NCBI GenBank assembly: GCA_020137815.1
Contig: CM035350.1
Span: 7,874,001-7,938,000 of the forward strand
Length of the DNA: 64,000 bases
Direction of reading: 5' to 3'
From: Hormiphora californensis
Taxonomy: Eukaryota > Animalia > Ctenophora
In this document: positions 16,362-28,927 of the stretch, in pieces
Layout of the letters: the number at the start of each line of letters is the position of its first letter
How positions within the stretch are numbered: the first letter of the stretch is position 1
Made by a program: the position numbers and the translations under genes
Notes under the pieces: generated by a model
Told to the model about the DNA's origin: nothing
The model's input: only the letters and a program-made list of their open reading frames with translations
The model's database searches: none

Positions 16362-17165
16362 TTTATTGTCTAGGAAAGTATATAATGTTAGCTCAAATAA
16401 ATCTTGGAAGTCAGTTATAAAAATACTATAAAATTTAAATCCCAGGTAAGTTGGTGCCACTGCCTTGTATTGCTAACAATCCATCAATTTTGGCGGTCGA
16501 GACGGGTTAGGCCTTAGGGCTGTCAGGTAGGGGCCTAATTTGGGTTATATTTTGCGTTATCGGTTAGTGATATCGATTATTTATAAGACATTGTTTGGGC
16601 GACTCAAATCGGCGATGTGGCTGCATGGCCATGTCGTTTGTAAGTTGCAAAAGTCGGTCTGAAAAAGTGAAAAAAATTAAAAAAATTCTTACAGATTTTT
16701 ATTTGCATTTCACGCCACCGCCGCGCATATCATTGCACCTGCCTACGACGCAATACGTGTAACGCGCGATATAATATAATCTTAACTGCGGTATAATTTT
16801 GCTTGGCGTCCACGGATTTTATTTTCTGTAAGCGCTTTTTTAACGATTTTCTCCTTTTCGGTTTTTGACAAGTCGTGTCCGTCTCCGTTCTTGGTTCAGA
16901 TTCTACCTACTAACAGACCGAAATCGGATCAAAAGAACCATTCTGGCGATGCGATTTTTATCTTTATTCTCTCTCTTATTCTCGCTCTTTTTTAGATAGG
17001 AGCCTGGCTGCGGGGTGACTGTGAGAACCCCCTGGGCAGTGGGCCCTGCTGGACCGCCTAGCCTGGACGGATTTCTGGTCAGCTTCTCGAGAGTCGAAAC
17101 GAATCTGACGAAACCAGATTTACTTTTTATCTTATTTATTATTAGGATATTTTAGACCTTAATTT

Positions 17166-18346
17166 CAAACTTTTCAACACTACTTTAAACAAATTAATTT
17201 GAGCAGGTAGATATGGTGATGTGATAGCCCCTATGGGCAGACCGTGCGATATGACAGTTATTCCAGTACGTCAAGAGGAGCTGACTCAGGCTGATTTGGA
17301 TTGGTATGCGAGCCGGATCCTGACCATGGTCAAGTATGCAGGGATTCCTTCACCGGATTTAACCAGAAAGTTAGGGAGTAGCCCTGAGGATATCAGGGAA
17401 ATACCGACATCTTTCAATATCCACTCATCCCACACGAAACGTGATTTGGCATCTGTATTAGAAGATGTATTTATGTCGACCTTGCCACTTCTAAAGTACT
17501 TCCAACATCGTTTCAACGTCGAGAAGTCGCCTGAGTTGGAATTAAAGGAAGAAAGAGATGAACTGTTGAGAAAGAGTTTGGAGTTGCAGAAAAAAGAGGA
17601 GATATTGAGAGTTGAGATGGATGACCTATTGAGAAAGACTATTAGGTTACAAGAGCAGGTCATTGAGCTTCAGGACACTCAGCTACATCGAGTAACCGAA
17701 ACAGTACAGAAAGATCTGCGCTCTTTCTCAACTGTCTTGACGCAGAATTGTAGGTCTGCTCTTGCACCGAAAAATATCAAGAAAGATGAAGGGAAAGCTC
17801 ATGGCAAAAAAGTTTATTCGAGTCCAGATCCAGACAGATCCAAAAATCTGATGGTGTTTGGTCTACCGGAAGTTGAGGCGGAATCTGAATCTGTGTTGAA
17901 ATGTGAGATAGAGAATGTTTTGGCTGAGCTTGATGAGAAACCTATTGTTGTAGCTAAAAGGGTGGGTTTGAAACGGGAAGGAAGGGAGAGACCCGTGATC
18001 GTGAAGCTACAGAGTAGAGAAATGCTGCTGAGCCTTCTCCAGAAGGCTAGGCAGTTGAAACAGTCCGAATCGTACTGCGGTGTATACTTGTCAAGAGATA
18101 TGTCACTCGCAGAGAGAACGGAGAGGAGGGAACTCCACCTTACATTGAAGGAGTTAAGGGAATCGAATCCCGAAAGACAATTTCGGATACGGAAAGGAGC
18201 GATAAACTTTTCATAGAATATCTTTATAAACTGGACTCTTAAATGGACTCATATCTTTGATCAACCGTTTTTTGCCCACAAAAAGGGGCTGATAATTTTA
18301 TACATCAAATTGTGTAAATTATTATATAGATTTAATAAATAAATAA
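17166..18346 (+). mobile_element. ORF1-only LINE-derived retroposed element (HAL1-like organisation)
   Basis: 12-bp direct repeat AGACCTTAATTT at 17154-17165 and 18347-18358, an (AATA)n tail just before the right repeat, a single ORF1p-like CDS, and no ORF2. Confidence 0.65.
17233..18216 (+). CDS. LINE ORF1p-like protein (coiled coil plus RRM/CTD, CR1/L2/L1 ORF1 type), 327 aa
   Basis: Coiled coil followed by NLMVFGLPE...RVG...RPVIVKL...VYLSRDMSLAER, the motif series typical of non-LTR ORF1 proteins. Confidence 0.8.
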   Translation: MGRPCDMTVIPVRQEELTQADLDWYASRILTMVKYAGIPSPDLTRKLGSSPEDIREIPTSFNIHSSHTKRDLASVLEDVFMSTLPLLKYFQHRFNVEKSPELELKEERDELLRKSLELQKKEEILRVEMDDLLRKTIRLQEQVIELQDTQLHRVTETVQKDLRSFSTVLTQNCRSALAPKNIKKDEGKAHGKKVYSSPDPDRSKNLMVFGLPEVEAESESVLKCEIENVLAELDEKPIVVAKRVGLKREGRERPVIVKLQSREMLLSLLQKARQLKQSESYCGVYLSRDMSLAERTERRELHLTLKELRESNPERQFRIRKGAINFS

Positions 18347-19238
18347 AGACCTTAATTTTTGGGTGCGTAGGTCAATCAGAAGCCCGGATTTTGAAATAAA
18401 GGCCTCAGATTGGTTCACAGTTCGCACACTGAAAATTGCCCAAACTTCCAGATAAGGTGCGTTGGATGTGCCTCAAAAAGCTATTCAGAAAAGCTCCGTT
18501 CAGCAGGTGTTTACAGACCACAGTCAGATAAGTTATCTCTAGAGTTCGATTTGTAGTATCTTGAATTCAGTAGAACTTGGATAAATTATGCATAAATTGG
18601 TTCGTCTGCTCTTAAATAGCCCACTTTGATTTATGTATTTTAATAGAATTTATGGAGTGTTTAAATGGAGCATCTTAGACCAGCTGTCCAGTGACTGGCT
18701 GCCTTATTTTAATTTCTCCTTCCGTTTCTCTCCGAATGGCCATAATAATGCTACTTCTGCTCTCAGCCTGTCAAAAATATGCCCTGTAATTCCCCAGATG
18801 TTTGGCTAATTCTGCTTCACTACATCTGTTTAACGAACATGGTAATAACTACCGCGTCAGAGAGCTCATATTGTTGTCATGTGAGCAGTGTTGATCTTGA
18901 AGTTGAGCGGTTATGTTGTGGTTTAGTTGTGTCCGGTACCACGGTCCTTCCCGCTCTCTCAGAATGTTTTCTTTCCATTGTAGAACAAGGCATTAAAGGC
19001 GATGAGTAGTTAGAAAAGGAGGTTTACTACCATAATGGACAACGTGACTCTAACAATACACTTTAAGAATAGAGTCAGACTCTTTTATCCTAAACATCTT
19101 CCCGGACCTCAACTAACAATGCAAGTGATATTGTGTTTTTACATTTTATACACGATAATAAAACCCATGTCGCAAACTTCATCTCTCCTCCTTGTATCAC
19201 CTTGTATCTCTAATTTCAACCTCTTGATATTATAACAG

Positions 19239-22200
19239 GGCTATACAGAAGACATTTGAGTTGTGTAGCGAAGAGGAGGTTGAGCTTGTGGATCACTTAT
19301 CACACGAGAGGCTGAGTCTCACGAAGCTCCACTGTCTCCCACCCAACTCTCATGTTGTATCAACCCTGGTTCTAAAACACGGTGTAAGTAACATTAGTTA
19401 ATTGATTAATTAAGAAATATCTAATGGAGGGTGTGGCGGTGTTTCATTATTATACCTGACAACACTACCAGACACACAACTCCTTCTATAGTATCATGTA
19501 ATTTGGATTGAGGAGTGTAGAAAGCTTGATTGCTTTTTTTCTTCATAACTCTACTTTTAATAATAACTCTCCTGTGCTTGCCTCTGCTAATTGTCTATCC
19601 ATTCTGCTAGTTTGCTACTAAATAACTAGGCGGTAGTTGAAAGGCCATTATGTAGCAAACGGGTATATTGCAGAGTATAATGAGAGATAATTGCCTCCAA
19701 TTATCTTTCTAACCAATTATCTCGTTATGTTTAATCGGCCTTCCTCTCCTTGCAGATGGAGCAAAAGAATGTCCTGAATAAGCGGACTGTATCGTCTCAA
19801 CAGGAGAAAACGATAGTTGTCCACCGACAGAACGGCAGTCTAGGATTCAAACTGCAATATCTCTTTGCACCGTCTCAGTCAACGATTTCCGTAAGTAGCT
19901 GCTGCAGCAAGCAGCATCGGATTTATTTTGTTATTGGAGTGTGCTCTGAAAGGCGTGTACACTGTGTGGTTTCAGGGAGTGTGGTTCTGGTGCATGGTAG
20001 TGTTTATCAAACTAATAGGTGGTAATGAAGGGGTGGTAATTGGCCTAAATGGTAATGGGGCGATAATTGAGGTACTCAGGTTCCTGGGAAGATATTTTGC
20101 TTCTTAACTGTTTAGTCCGACCATACACCCATGTTTTCTTAAATTATGCTCTCTCTCTCTCTCTACTCTCCTTAAGGTTTATCTGTTCCCTTCTTTTGAC
20201 ATCTCTCCTGACTCCTCATCTTTCCTCTTTCTCCTCTCTCTCTCCTCTATCCTAGATTATACAACCCTTAAAATATGTCCTCGTCTTCATTTCTCTTTTC
20301 TCTCTATTCTTCTCTCCCTGTCTCTCTCCTCTCTCTCTCTCTCTCGCTATCTCTCTCTCGCTCCTGACCCCTCTATCTTTCCCTCTCTCTCTCTCTCTCT
20401 CTTAGAGAAATTATAAAGGGGTGTTTAGAGGAATTATGTAGTCAGGGAGGTTTTAGGAAATGCAAGTATTTTGCATTCTATCTCTCCCTTAGTTATTAAT
20501 TCTCTCTCTCTCGCTCCCGCTCCCTCCTTCTCTATCGTGTGTATCCTTCCATAACTGTATGTACTAATAAGGCCATTCAAAAAACAGCAGAAAAGCGATA
20601 AAGCAGAGCTCATTTCGAGTAGTTGAGACTCAGGAGACTCAGGATAATACATTATATAAGGGTTCGTTAGAGGAAGTCAGGAAGGTTTTAGGAGGGGAGA
20701 CAGTGGGGTGATAATTTCCCCTTTTTTTTGTTTTTCCTTTTTCCCTTCCCCTTTCTGATCACCAACGATGAGAAGGGGTGAAAGGGAAAGGGCCAAAAAT
20801 TTGTTCCCCTTTTTAAAAACCCCCTTCCGGGGGCCCGGGTTTGTAGTCCCCTTTTTTCTTTTTTCCCCCTTTCCCCTACTCTTCCTCTCTCTCTAAATCT
20901 TCCCCTTTTCTCTCTTTTCCCTTCTCTCTCCCCTCACCCCGCCTTCTTCTTCCCCCTCCCCATTTTAATTCCCCCTTCCCCCTCTATCTACTCTCTCCTC
21001 TTTTCCCTCTCTTCTTTCTCTCTCTCCCTCTCTCTCTCCCCCCTTCTTATTCTTTCTTTTTGTTCTCTTTTTCTTCTTTTTCCCCCTTCTATCCCCCTCT
21101 CTCTCTTTCTCTTCTTTCCCTCTCTCTCTCCCCCTCTCTCTATTTTCCTCAAACCCCTCTATCTCTCTCTCCCCCCTCTGTCTCTCCTCTCTCTCTCTTC
21201 CTCCTCCTCTTCTCTCTCTTTTCCCTTTTTCTTTGTAAGTTTGTCCTTTTTTGCTCCCTCCCCGGGTAAAAGGGCGAGGCTTATTTTTCCCACATGTTGT
21301 GGGTAAATAAAAGTTTTGGTGGAAAAGGGTTCAAAAATATGGGTGGGGTGGGGGAAAGTGGGGGGAAATTGCAAAATGTCACACTTTATTATTTAATTTT
21401 TTTTATTGAAAAAATTAAAACCCACATGTAGCTGATGCCTTTAAATAGCTTTTTTGCCATCATTTTGAAAAGAAAAAATTTTTCTAACCGATCTCAACCC
21501 CATTCTTACTCCCTTCTTATTCTCTCTCTTCATTTTTTTGATATTTTCCTTTTCCTCTTCTTTTTTATCTCACTATCTCCCCCCTTTCTTTGAACATCTT
21601 TGCTGTAATACCTACCACTCTGAATATATGTGGTGCTGCTAAAAGTACTGGGAGCGAGAGAGGCAGTACAAAGGGAGGGAAAACAGAAGGAGAAGGCTAG
21701 GGAGAACGGAGAGGGAAGGGGAAATGTCGGATCAGAAATACACATTAAAAAGTGTGAAATAAAATTACAGTAGCAATGATATTCAACATGGTTACTGTCA
21801 AACTGCACATGTTTTTTTCCCTTTTAAAAAAACTTTTTCCCCTTCTCCATCTTTTCTCTTTTTTTCTCTCTCCTCCTTCACTTTACAAAAATCTTTGGGG
21901 AAAATCTTTTTCATATAAAACCGTCCCCTTCGCCCGGGCCTCGAGGTTTCAAAGGGGTAAAAATCCGTGCTGACCCAAAAAAAATCCCGGGGCTTTTTGA
22001 ACTTTTTTTTTTAAATCTCCGGCATGCTCTGAATCTTTTTTTTCCCCTATCTTTTCAAAGAAATAAAAAGCCCCTTTTTCGGGGGCTATCATTTATTTTT
22101 TCTCTATCTCTCCCTCTCTTTTTCTGTTCTTCTCCGCACGCAAAATATACCACCTCATTAAACTTTTGGGGGTGTGTCCCCACGGTGGTTTTTATGCGTT

Positions 22201-22676
22201 TAAAGCTACAACAAACGTCCAAGGTTTTTTTGCCCTTTTCTCGCCCCTTTCCCAAGGGGTCTCCCCGTTTTCTCTTCTCTTCTCTTTCTCTCTTCTATCG
22301 CGGGCGCTCCCCCTCCCCTTTGCTTCTCCTCTCCTCTCTTTCCTTTTTCTCTCGCACTTTTTCTCTTCTCTTCCCCTCATTCCCCCTTCTCTCTCTCTTC
22401 CTTTCCCCTTTTTCTCTTTCTCTCTCTCCCCCTCCTCTCTCTCTTTTCTCTTTTCTCTCTCCCCTCCCTCTCTCTCTCTCCAAACTCTCCCCTTTTCTCT
22501 CTCTCCTCTCTCCTTTTTCTCTCTCCTTTTCTCCCTTTTCTCTCTCTCCCCCTTTTCTCTCCTCCTCTCTCTCTCTCCTCTCCCCCCTCTCTCCCCCTCT
22601 CTCTCTTCTCTCTCTCTCTCTTCCCCCTCTTCTCTCTCTCTTTTCTCTCTCTCTCTGTTCCCCTCTCTTTATCTTT

Positions 22677-22708
<32 letters not shown>

Positions 22709-23730
22709 CTCTTCTCCTTTTTACCCCCTTTTCCAGGCAAACCCCTTCCCTGTTTCCTTCGGGGTTCCCTTTTTCATTCACGTAAAACCCCCCCCGGGGG
22801 AAATTTCCCTTTTCCCCTCCTATTCAAAGGAATAAAACTCCCGGGCCCATGCCGGGGTTTTTTTCAAAAATTTTTTTTTCCAGAAACCCCGGGGGGAAAT
22901 TTTAAAGGGGTTTGGGGAAAATTTTTTTTAGTTCCCCCCTTTAAAAAAATTGGGGAACTTGGGTTTCCCCCCCAAAAACAACCCCTTTCTTTTAAAAAAA
23001 CGAAATAAATTTTTTTCCCCGGGACTTTTTTTAAACCTTTTAAATGGTAGTTTTAATTTTTTGGGTTTTTTGACCGTTTAATTAAAGGTTTTGGGCCTTG
23101 GTTTTCCCCGAAGTGAGCTTTTTTAAAAAAAAAAAATGCACAACTTGTTTTTAAAAACAGGCACTTTTTCTNNNNNNNNNNNNNNNNNNNNNNNNNNNNN
23201 NNNNNNNNNNNNNNNNNNNNNNNNNNNNNNNNNNNNNNNNNNNNNNNNNNNNNNNNNNNNNNNNNNNNNNNCCCTAGCAAAAACAAGCCCAAACCACCTT
23301 CTAAGCTCCATTCCCCGCCTGGACTAAAACTAGAATGAAGAACGATAAATGACTTATGACACTTACAACTAAATGAAAGGACATACCGGAAAGGATAAGA
23401 AGAAAGGTGACCTTGCTATTATGAAAAAAAAACTAAATAAATACCATGACATGACCAACTCAAGAAGAAATGAATAATGAACAACACAATAACATGGATG
23501 GTCTTATCTGATTGGAGAATGTAGATCGGTGGTGGTCGGTGTAGCTGGTCCTTTGTTTGCTGTATCTTCACGGGACTTGGTAGATTGAGATATTTACAAA
23601 GTGGTGAAATTTGAGAAGGCCCGGAGAGGAGGGAGAGCCGTGACCTAACAATTACAACAAAACAAGAAGTGCCCCTGGAAACCCTTACCGTACCAACAAA
23701 ATTTTGACCATCTCTCTCTCTCTCTCTCTT

Positions 23731-23782
<52 letters not shown>

Positions 23783-26478
23783 TCTCTCTGTCTAAAGATA
23801 CTCCTCCCTTCCCTCCCAGAGTGGCGAATTGCCCGGCGCCCATGTTATCCCACAAGCCTGCTGTGGCTCTATACCAGCCTGATGTCGCGGAACACATGAC
23901 TTTAGAGCCGGGCAACTTGGTATTCAGCACCAACACGGGGGTGCTAAAGCTGGAACGAGTTAGAGAAAACCCTGATTACCAAAAGGTACATGGCTTCTTT
24001 GATCAAGCATTTTTCATCTTACTACTGAATTGTTATTACTGACTTGTTATCACTGACTTGTTATCACTGACTTGTTATCACTGACATGTTATCACTGACT
24101 TGTTATCACTGACATGTTATCACTGACTTGTTATCATTGACTTGATATCACTGACTTGTTATCACTGACTTGTTATCACTGACTTGTTATCACTGACTTG
24201 TTATCACTGACTTGTTATCACTGACTTGTTATCACTGACTTGTTATCACTGACTTGATATCACTTACTTGTTATCACTGACTTGACGACTTGTTATCACT
24301 GACTTGTTATCCTTGACTTGATATCATTGACTTGTTATCACTGACTTGTTATCACTGACTTGTTATCACTGACTTGTTATCACTGACTTGTTATTACTGA
24401 CTTGTTATTACTGACTTGTTATCACTGACTTGTTATCACTGACTTGTTATCACTGACTTGTTATCACTGACTTGTTATCACTGACTTGTTATTGCTGACT
24501 TGTTATTACTGACTTGTTATCACTGACTTGTTATCACTGACTTGTTATCACTGACTTGTTATTACTGACTTGTTATCACTGACTTGTTATCACTGACTTG
24601 ATATCACTTACTTGTTATCACTTACTTGTTATTACTGACTTGTTATCACTGACTTGTTATTACTGACTTGTTATTACTGACTTGTTATCACTGACTTGTT
24701 ATCACTGACTTGTTATCACTGACATGTTATCACTGACTTGTTATCACTGACATGTTATCACTGACTTGTTATCATTGACTTGATATCACTGACTTGTTAT
24801 CACTGACTTGTTATCACTGACTTGTTATCACTGACTTGTTATCACTGACTTGTTATCACTGACTTGTTATCACTGACTTGTTATCACTGACTTGATATCA
24901 CTTACTTGTTATCACTGACTTGACGACTTGTTATCACTGACTTGTTATCCTTGACTTGATATCATTGACTTGTTATCACTGACTTGTTATCACTGACTTG
25001 TTATCACTGACTTGTTATCACTGACATGTTATCACTGACTTGTTATCACTGACATGTTATCACTGACTTGTTATCATTGACTTGATATCACTGACTTGTT
25101 ATCACTGACTTGTTATCACTGACTTGTTATCACTGACTTGTTATCACTGACTTGTTATCACTGACTTGTTATCACTGACTTGTTATCACTGACTTGATAT
25201 CACTTACTTGTTATCACTGACTTGACGACTTGTTATCACTGACTTGTTATCCTTGACTTGATATCATTGACTTGTTATCACTGACTTGTTATCACTGACT
25301 TGTTATCACTGACTTGTTATCACTGACTTGTTATTACTGACTTGTTATTACTGACTTGTTATCACTGACTTGTTATCACTGACTTGTTATCACTGACTTG
25401 TTATCACTGACTTGTTATCACTGACTTGTTATTGCTGACTTGTTATTACTGACTTGTTATCACTGACTTGTTATCACTGACTTGTTATCACTGACTTGTT
25501 ATTACTGACTTGTTATCACTGACTTGTTATCACTGACTTGATATCACTTACTTGTTATCACTTACTTGTTATTACTGACTTGTTATCACTGACTTGTTAT
25601 TACTGACTTGTTATTACTGACTTGTTATCACTGACTTGTTATCACTGACTTGTTATCACTGACATGTTATCACTGACTTGTTATCACTGACATGTTATCA
25701 CTGACTTGTTATCATTGACTTGATATCACTGACTTGTTATCACTGACTTGTTATCACTGACTTGTTATCACTGACTTGTTATCACTGACTTGTTATCACT
25801 GACTTGTTATCACTGACTTGTTATCACTGACTTGATATCACTTACTTGTTATCACTGACTTGACGACTTGTTATCACTGACTTGTTATCCTTGACTTGAT
25901 ATCATTGACTTGTTATCACTGACTTGTTATCACTGACTTGTTATCACTGACTTGTTATCACTGACTTGTTATTACTGACTTGTTATTACTGACTTGTTAT
26001 CACTGACTTGTTATCACTGACTTGTTATCACTGACTTGTTATCACTGACTTGTTATCACTGACTTGTTATTGCTGACTTGTTATTACTGACTTGTTATCA
26101 CTGACTTGTTATCACTGACTTGTTATCACTGACTTGTTATTACTGACTTGTTATCACTGACTTGTTATCACTGACTTGATATCACTTACTTGTTATCACT
26201 TACTTGTTATTACTGACTTGTTATCACTGACTTGTTATTACTGACTTGTTATTACTGACTTGTTATCACTGACTTGTTATCACTGACTTGTTATCACAGT
26301 GTGATTTCAGATAAACGTGGGTTCACTGAACCTTGACGATGTTAATGGAGTACTTAGCAAGGGAGAGGTGAGGGATAAAATCCAAGCTATGGTCGCCCTG
26401 GCAGTAGAGGATAATACCCCGGCAACTGATAAACCTGAGAGTGCACCTGATACCGCTACAGCTACACCGACTGCCTGA
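19239..26478 (+). CDS. Uncharacterised multi-exon gene; candidate exons 19239-19383, 19756-19890, 23820-23985, 26311-26478
   Basis: Open, GT-AG-bounded exons. The first pair and the last pair each join in phase 0 (..ENPDYQK|INVGSLNLDDVNG..TPTA*). The middle lies in low-quality sequence and a gap, and no family is recognised. Confidence 0.45.
24031..26297. repeat. 14-bp satellite (GACTTGTTATCACT)n, ~160 units, intronic, with higher-order structure
   Basis: Direct reading. A rare CTTGACG variant recurs at 24281, 24919, 25221 and 25859. Confidence 0.95.
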
Positions 26479-28016
26479 AATTTTTGAAATAGACAGTCAG
26501 AGACAGGGAGTATTTTTGTTGTTGAGACTGTTAGTGGTATCAAGTTGCAATGAATATCAGAGTCTTTGAAATATGTTTCTCAAGCAGATGATATATGAGA
26601 TGTTTTGCTTCGTACATATAAGAGCATTTTTCTTTGCTTGATAGAAACTATTTGAGTGGTTTGACACTTTGTCTCTCCTTGAGAAGCAGCACTAAGCAGT
26701 GCCGACACAATTTTGACAGCAGTGATTTATTGCATGTACGTGTGGCGCGAACACCAAACGACTCTTGAGCAACTAAAGTCTAACGATCGCTATAGCAACG
26801 GGCGCGTCGGCGGCAAGTGACGCCGCGCACAACACGCGCAAATTAATAACAGCGCACACGACCCGGCTACGCCGCGCAAATGAAATACCATATCGCGCAG
26901 CGCCGATTTTTTTAAAAATTGCCCTTGGCCTAAAAAAATTTGGCCAACGTTAAAATCTGGGTGCTTGGAGTGTCATCACAGATCACTCACAGTTTTCAGG
27001 TTAGAGCTTGACATTTCTTAATTTGGATTAGCCAAGTAGTTTTGCACTTGGCGGTTAGAGCCGCTTTTGGAGCGAGAGCTGATAAGGACGAAAAAGGATG
27101 TGATGATGAATCTTTCTCCTTCCAGCAGCAGAACTTGTGCTGAGTCGTAAATACGGGCAGTTAATGAGCGGACTATAAATTTATATTTGTATTTAGTATT
27201 TACTATTTGTATTTGTCTTAGTGAAGAAACCGCTTTAGAAAGTGGTAAATGGTGTAGCATCGATCTGATTGAATTAGTAGCAAGCCATCCATATAATAAT
27301 TTCCAAAATGTTAGTCCGATAATTGTTTTCTCCCTACTCCTCCTACAGTTTTTGAGCTAGACCCCTGAAAATTTGTACACTGGTACTTTGGACCAAGGCG
27401 GGTGTAAGTACGGGCTCAGATTTTTGATCCGATCTTTACAACAGTGACGTCACGGGGTGACGTCATTGCGACAAAAAGACTTACATTTTTCAAACGCTTC
27501 TAAGACCCTGAAAACGGCTCTAAATCAAAAAACTAACGCAATAGTGGGGAAAGAGAATCGTTTGAACTTCATTTTACATGATAGCGATTTCCCGTAACTC
27601 AATGTTTAAGGGTCGTAAATCGCGTCGGGAAAGTTAAAAATGCCAAAAATACGATATTTTTCACCGTAGCCACCCAAAATCTTATCCAATCGATACGAAA
27701 CTTGGTCGTTATGTGAACTTTAATGTCCTTTGGCCAGGGGTTCCCGGAAAACGGATTGGCAAGATGAGAACTGACCGGAGTTCTTATAATTCTAAATTCA
27801 CGAATTTGGAATTTTTCGTCGACTTTTTTTGGCGACATAAAACGCTAGGAAATTTTCAATGAATTTTAAAATTTATACTGCGCGCGTAATTCTAGGTTCC
27901 GCGCGCGGCGTAAAAAAGCAGCGCTTTTTTGGGAAAATTCGCGCGTTACAGTAAATGATTTACCCGCCTCGCTAAAATTGTAATGGCCGTTTTTTCAAAA
28001 ACCCAAGGTGTATGAT

Positions 28017-28280
28017 ATAGTAGCAGCGGTTAGATCACCACGTGGTTAAAGTCGCATGCCACCCCTTTTTGCGCATTGTCATAGCTCCTCGAGGTCGCAT
28101 CCATTGGATGATCCAATCATTATCAAGAAATGTCCCTCAAGTTTTCGCTTCTCCTTGAGGAGATCTACAGGTTTAATGAAGGTCACTTTTGGATTGGATG
28201 CAAAATGAAGCCGTGAGAGTAACCTGAGATTAGGGTGGCGTGCGACTTTCTGCACGTGCTGATCTAACCGCTCCTACTAT
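28017..28280. mobile_element. ~264-bp MITE
   Basis: Imperfect ~48-bp TIRs (ATAGTAGCAGCGGTTAGATCA... / ...TGATCTAACCGCTCCTACTAT); no clear TSD. Confidence 0.6.
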
Positions 28281-28927
28281 GAGACTCATTGCTCTAAGGA
28301 ACAAACAAATTATCTTTTAAAAATCAAACACAAATGTCACCGGTTATATGAGGATAAATTACCAATTACCAGGTCACGGGTTCCCAGCAAACGGGTACTC
28401 TAGTTTATTTTAAACACTATTAAGCGGTATATTAAATGTCATGAATTATTATTATTATTAGTGAAGGGCTTAGGGCACTTTTTTGGAGGCGTGCACCTGT
28501 GAACATGCCTCAAAACTCCTAGATGGTAACGGCGCCCCTGAACTTTTGAATTTCCTTCTTATTCTTAACTTGATGACCAAACTCGAAAGTTATGTACGTT
28601 GTAGACATTCTTTATTTTGCAATATATAAAATTGTACAATATCTATACGATAGACAGCTTGAAATATACTTTTCTAAGGTTGTGTCACAATATTAATCAA
28701 TTCAAACGCACAGTTCATAGTCGTATATATTTTTAATCTATATTGACTCTGTTATAAATATTGTTGTTGATATTGAACCTTTGGAACCTTTACTGTCTAC
28801 AACACTGAATACCAAACACCGACTTCTGGAGATTCTGGAGCATCTTGCCTCTCGGTATTGTAACCACCGCCACCAGAACATTCTAGTCCCATACTACTCA
28901 AATAAGTAACAAAAAGATGTGATAACA

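Noticed and set aside
14831-16373. Plus-strand ORFs over AGPS, and similar antisense ORFs over ORF4, pol, CCDC47 and SVOP
   Set aside because: Antisense shadows of real coding regions.
20060-23171. Homopolymer-rich ORFs; also ~5364-6011 and ~58900-61800
   Set aside because: They look like low-quality or unpolished read sequence, mostly near gaps; no credible coding signal.
24031-26297. CRISPR-like appearance of the 14-, 28- and 39-bp arrays
   Set aside because: Head-to-tail repeats with no unique spacers, no cas genes, and a eukaryotic context.
26920-28010. Possible TIR element
   Set aside because: Terminal similarity is weak and no TSD was found, so boundaries cannot be supported.
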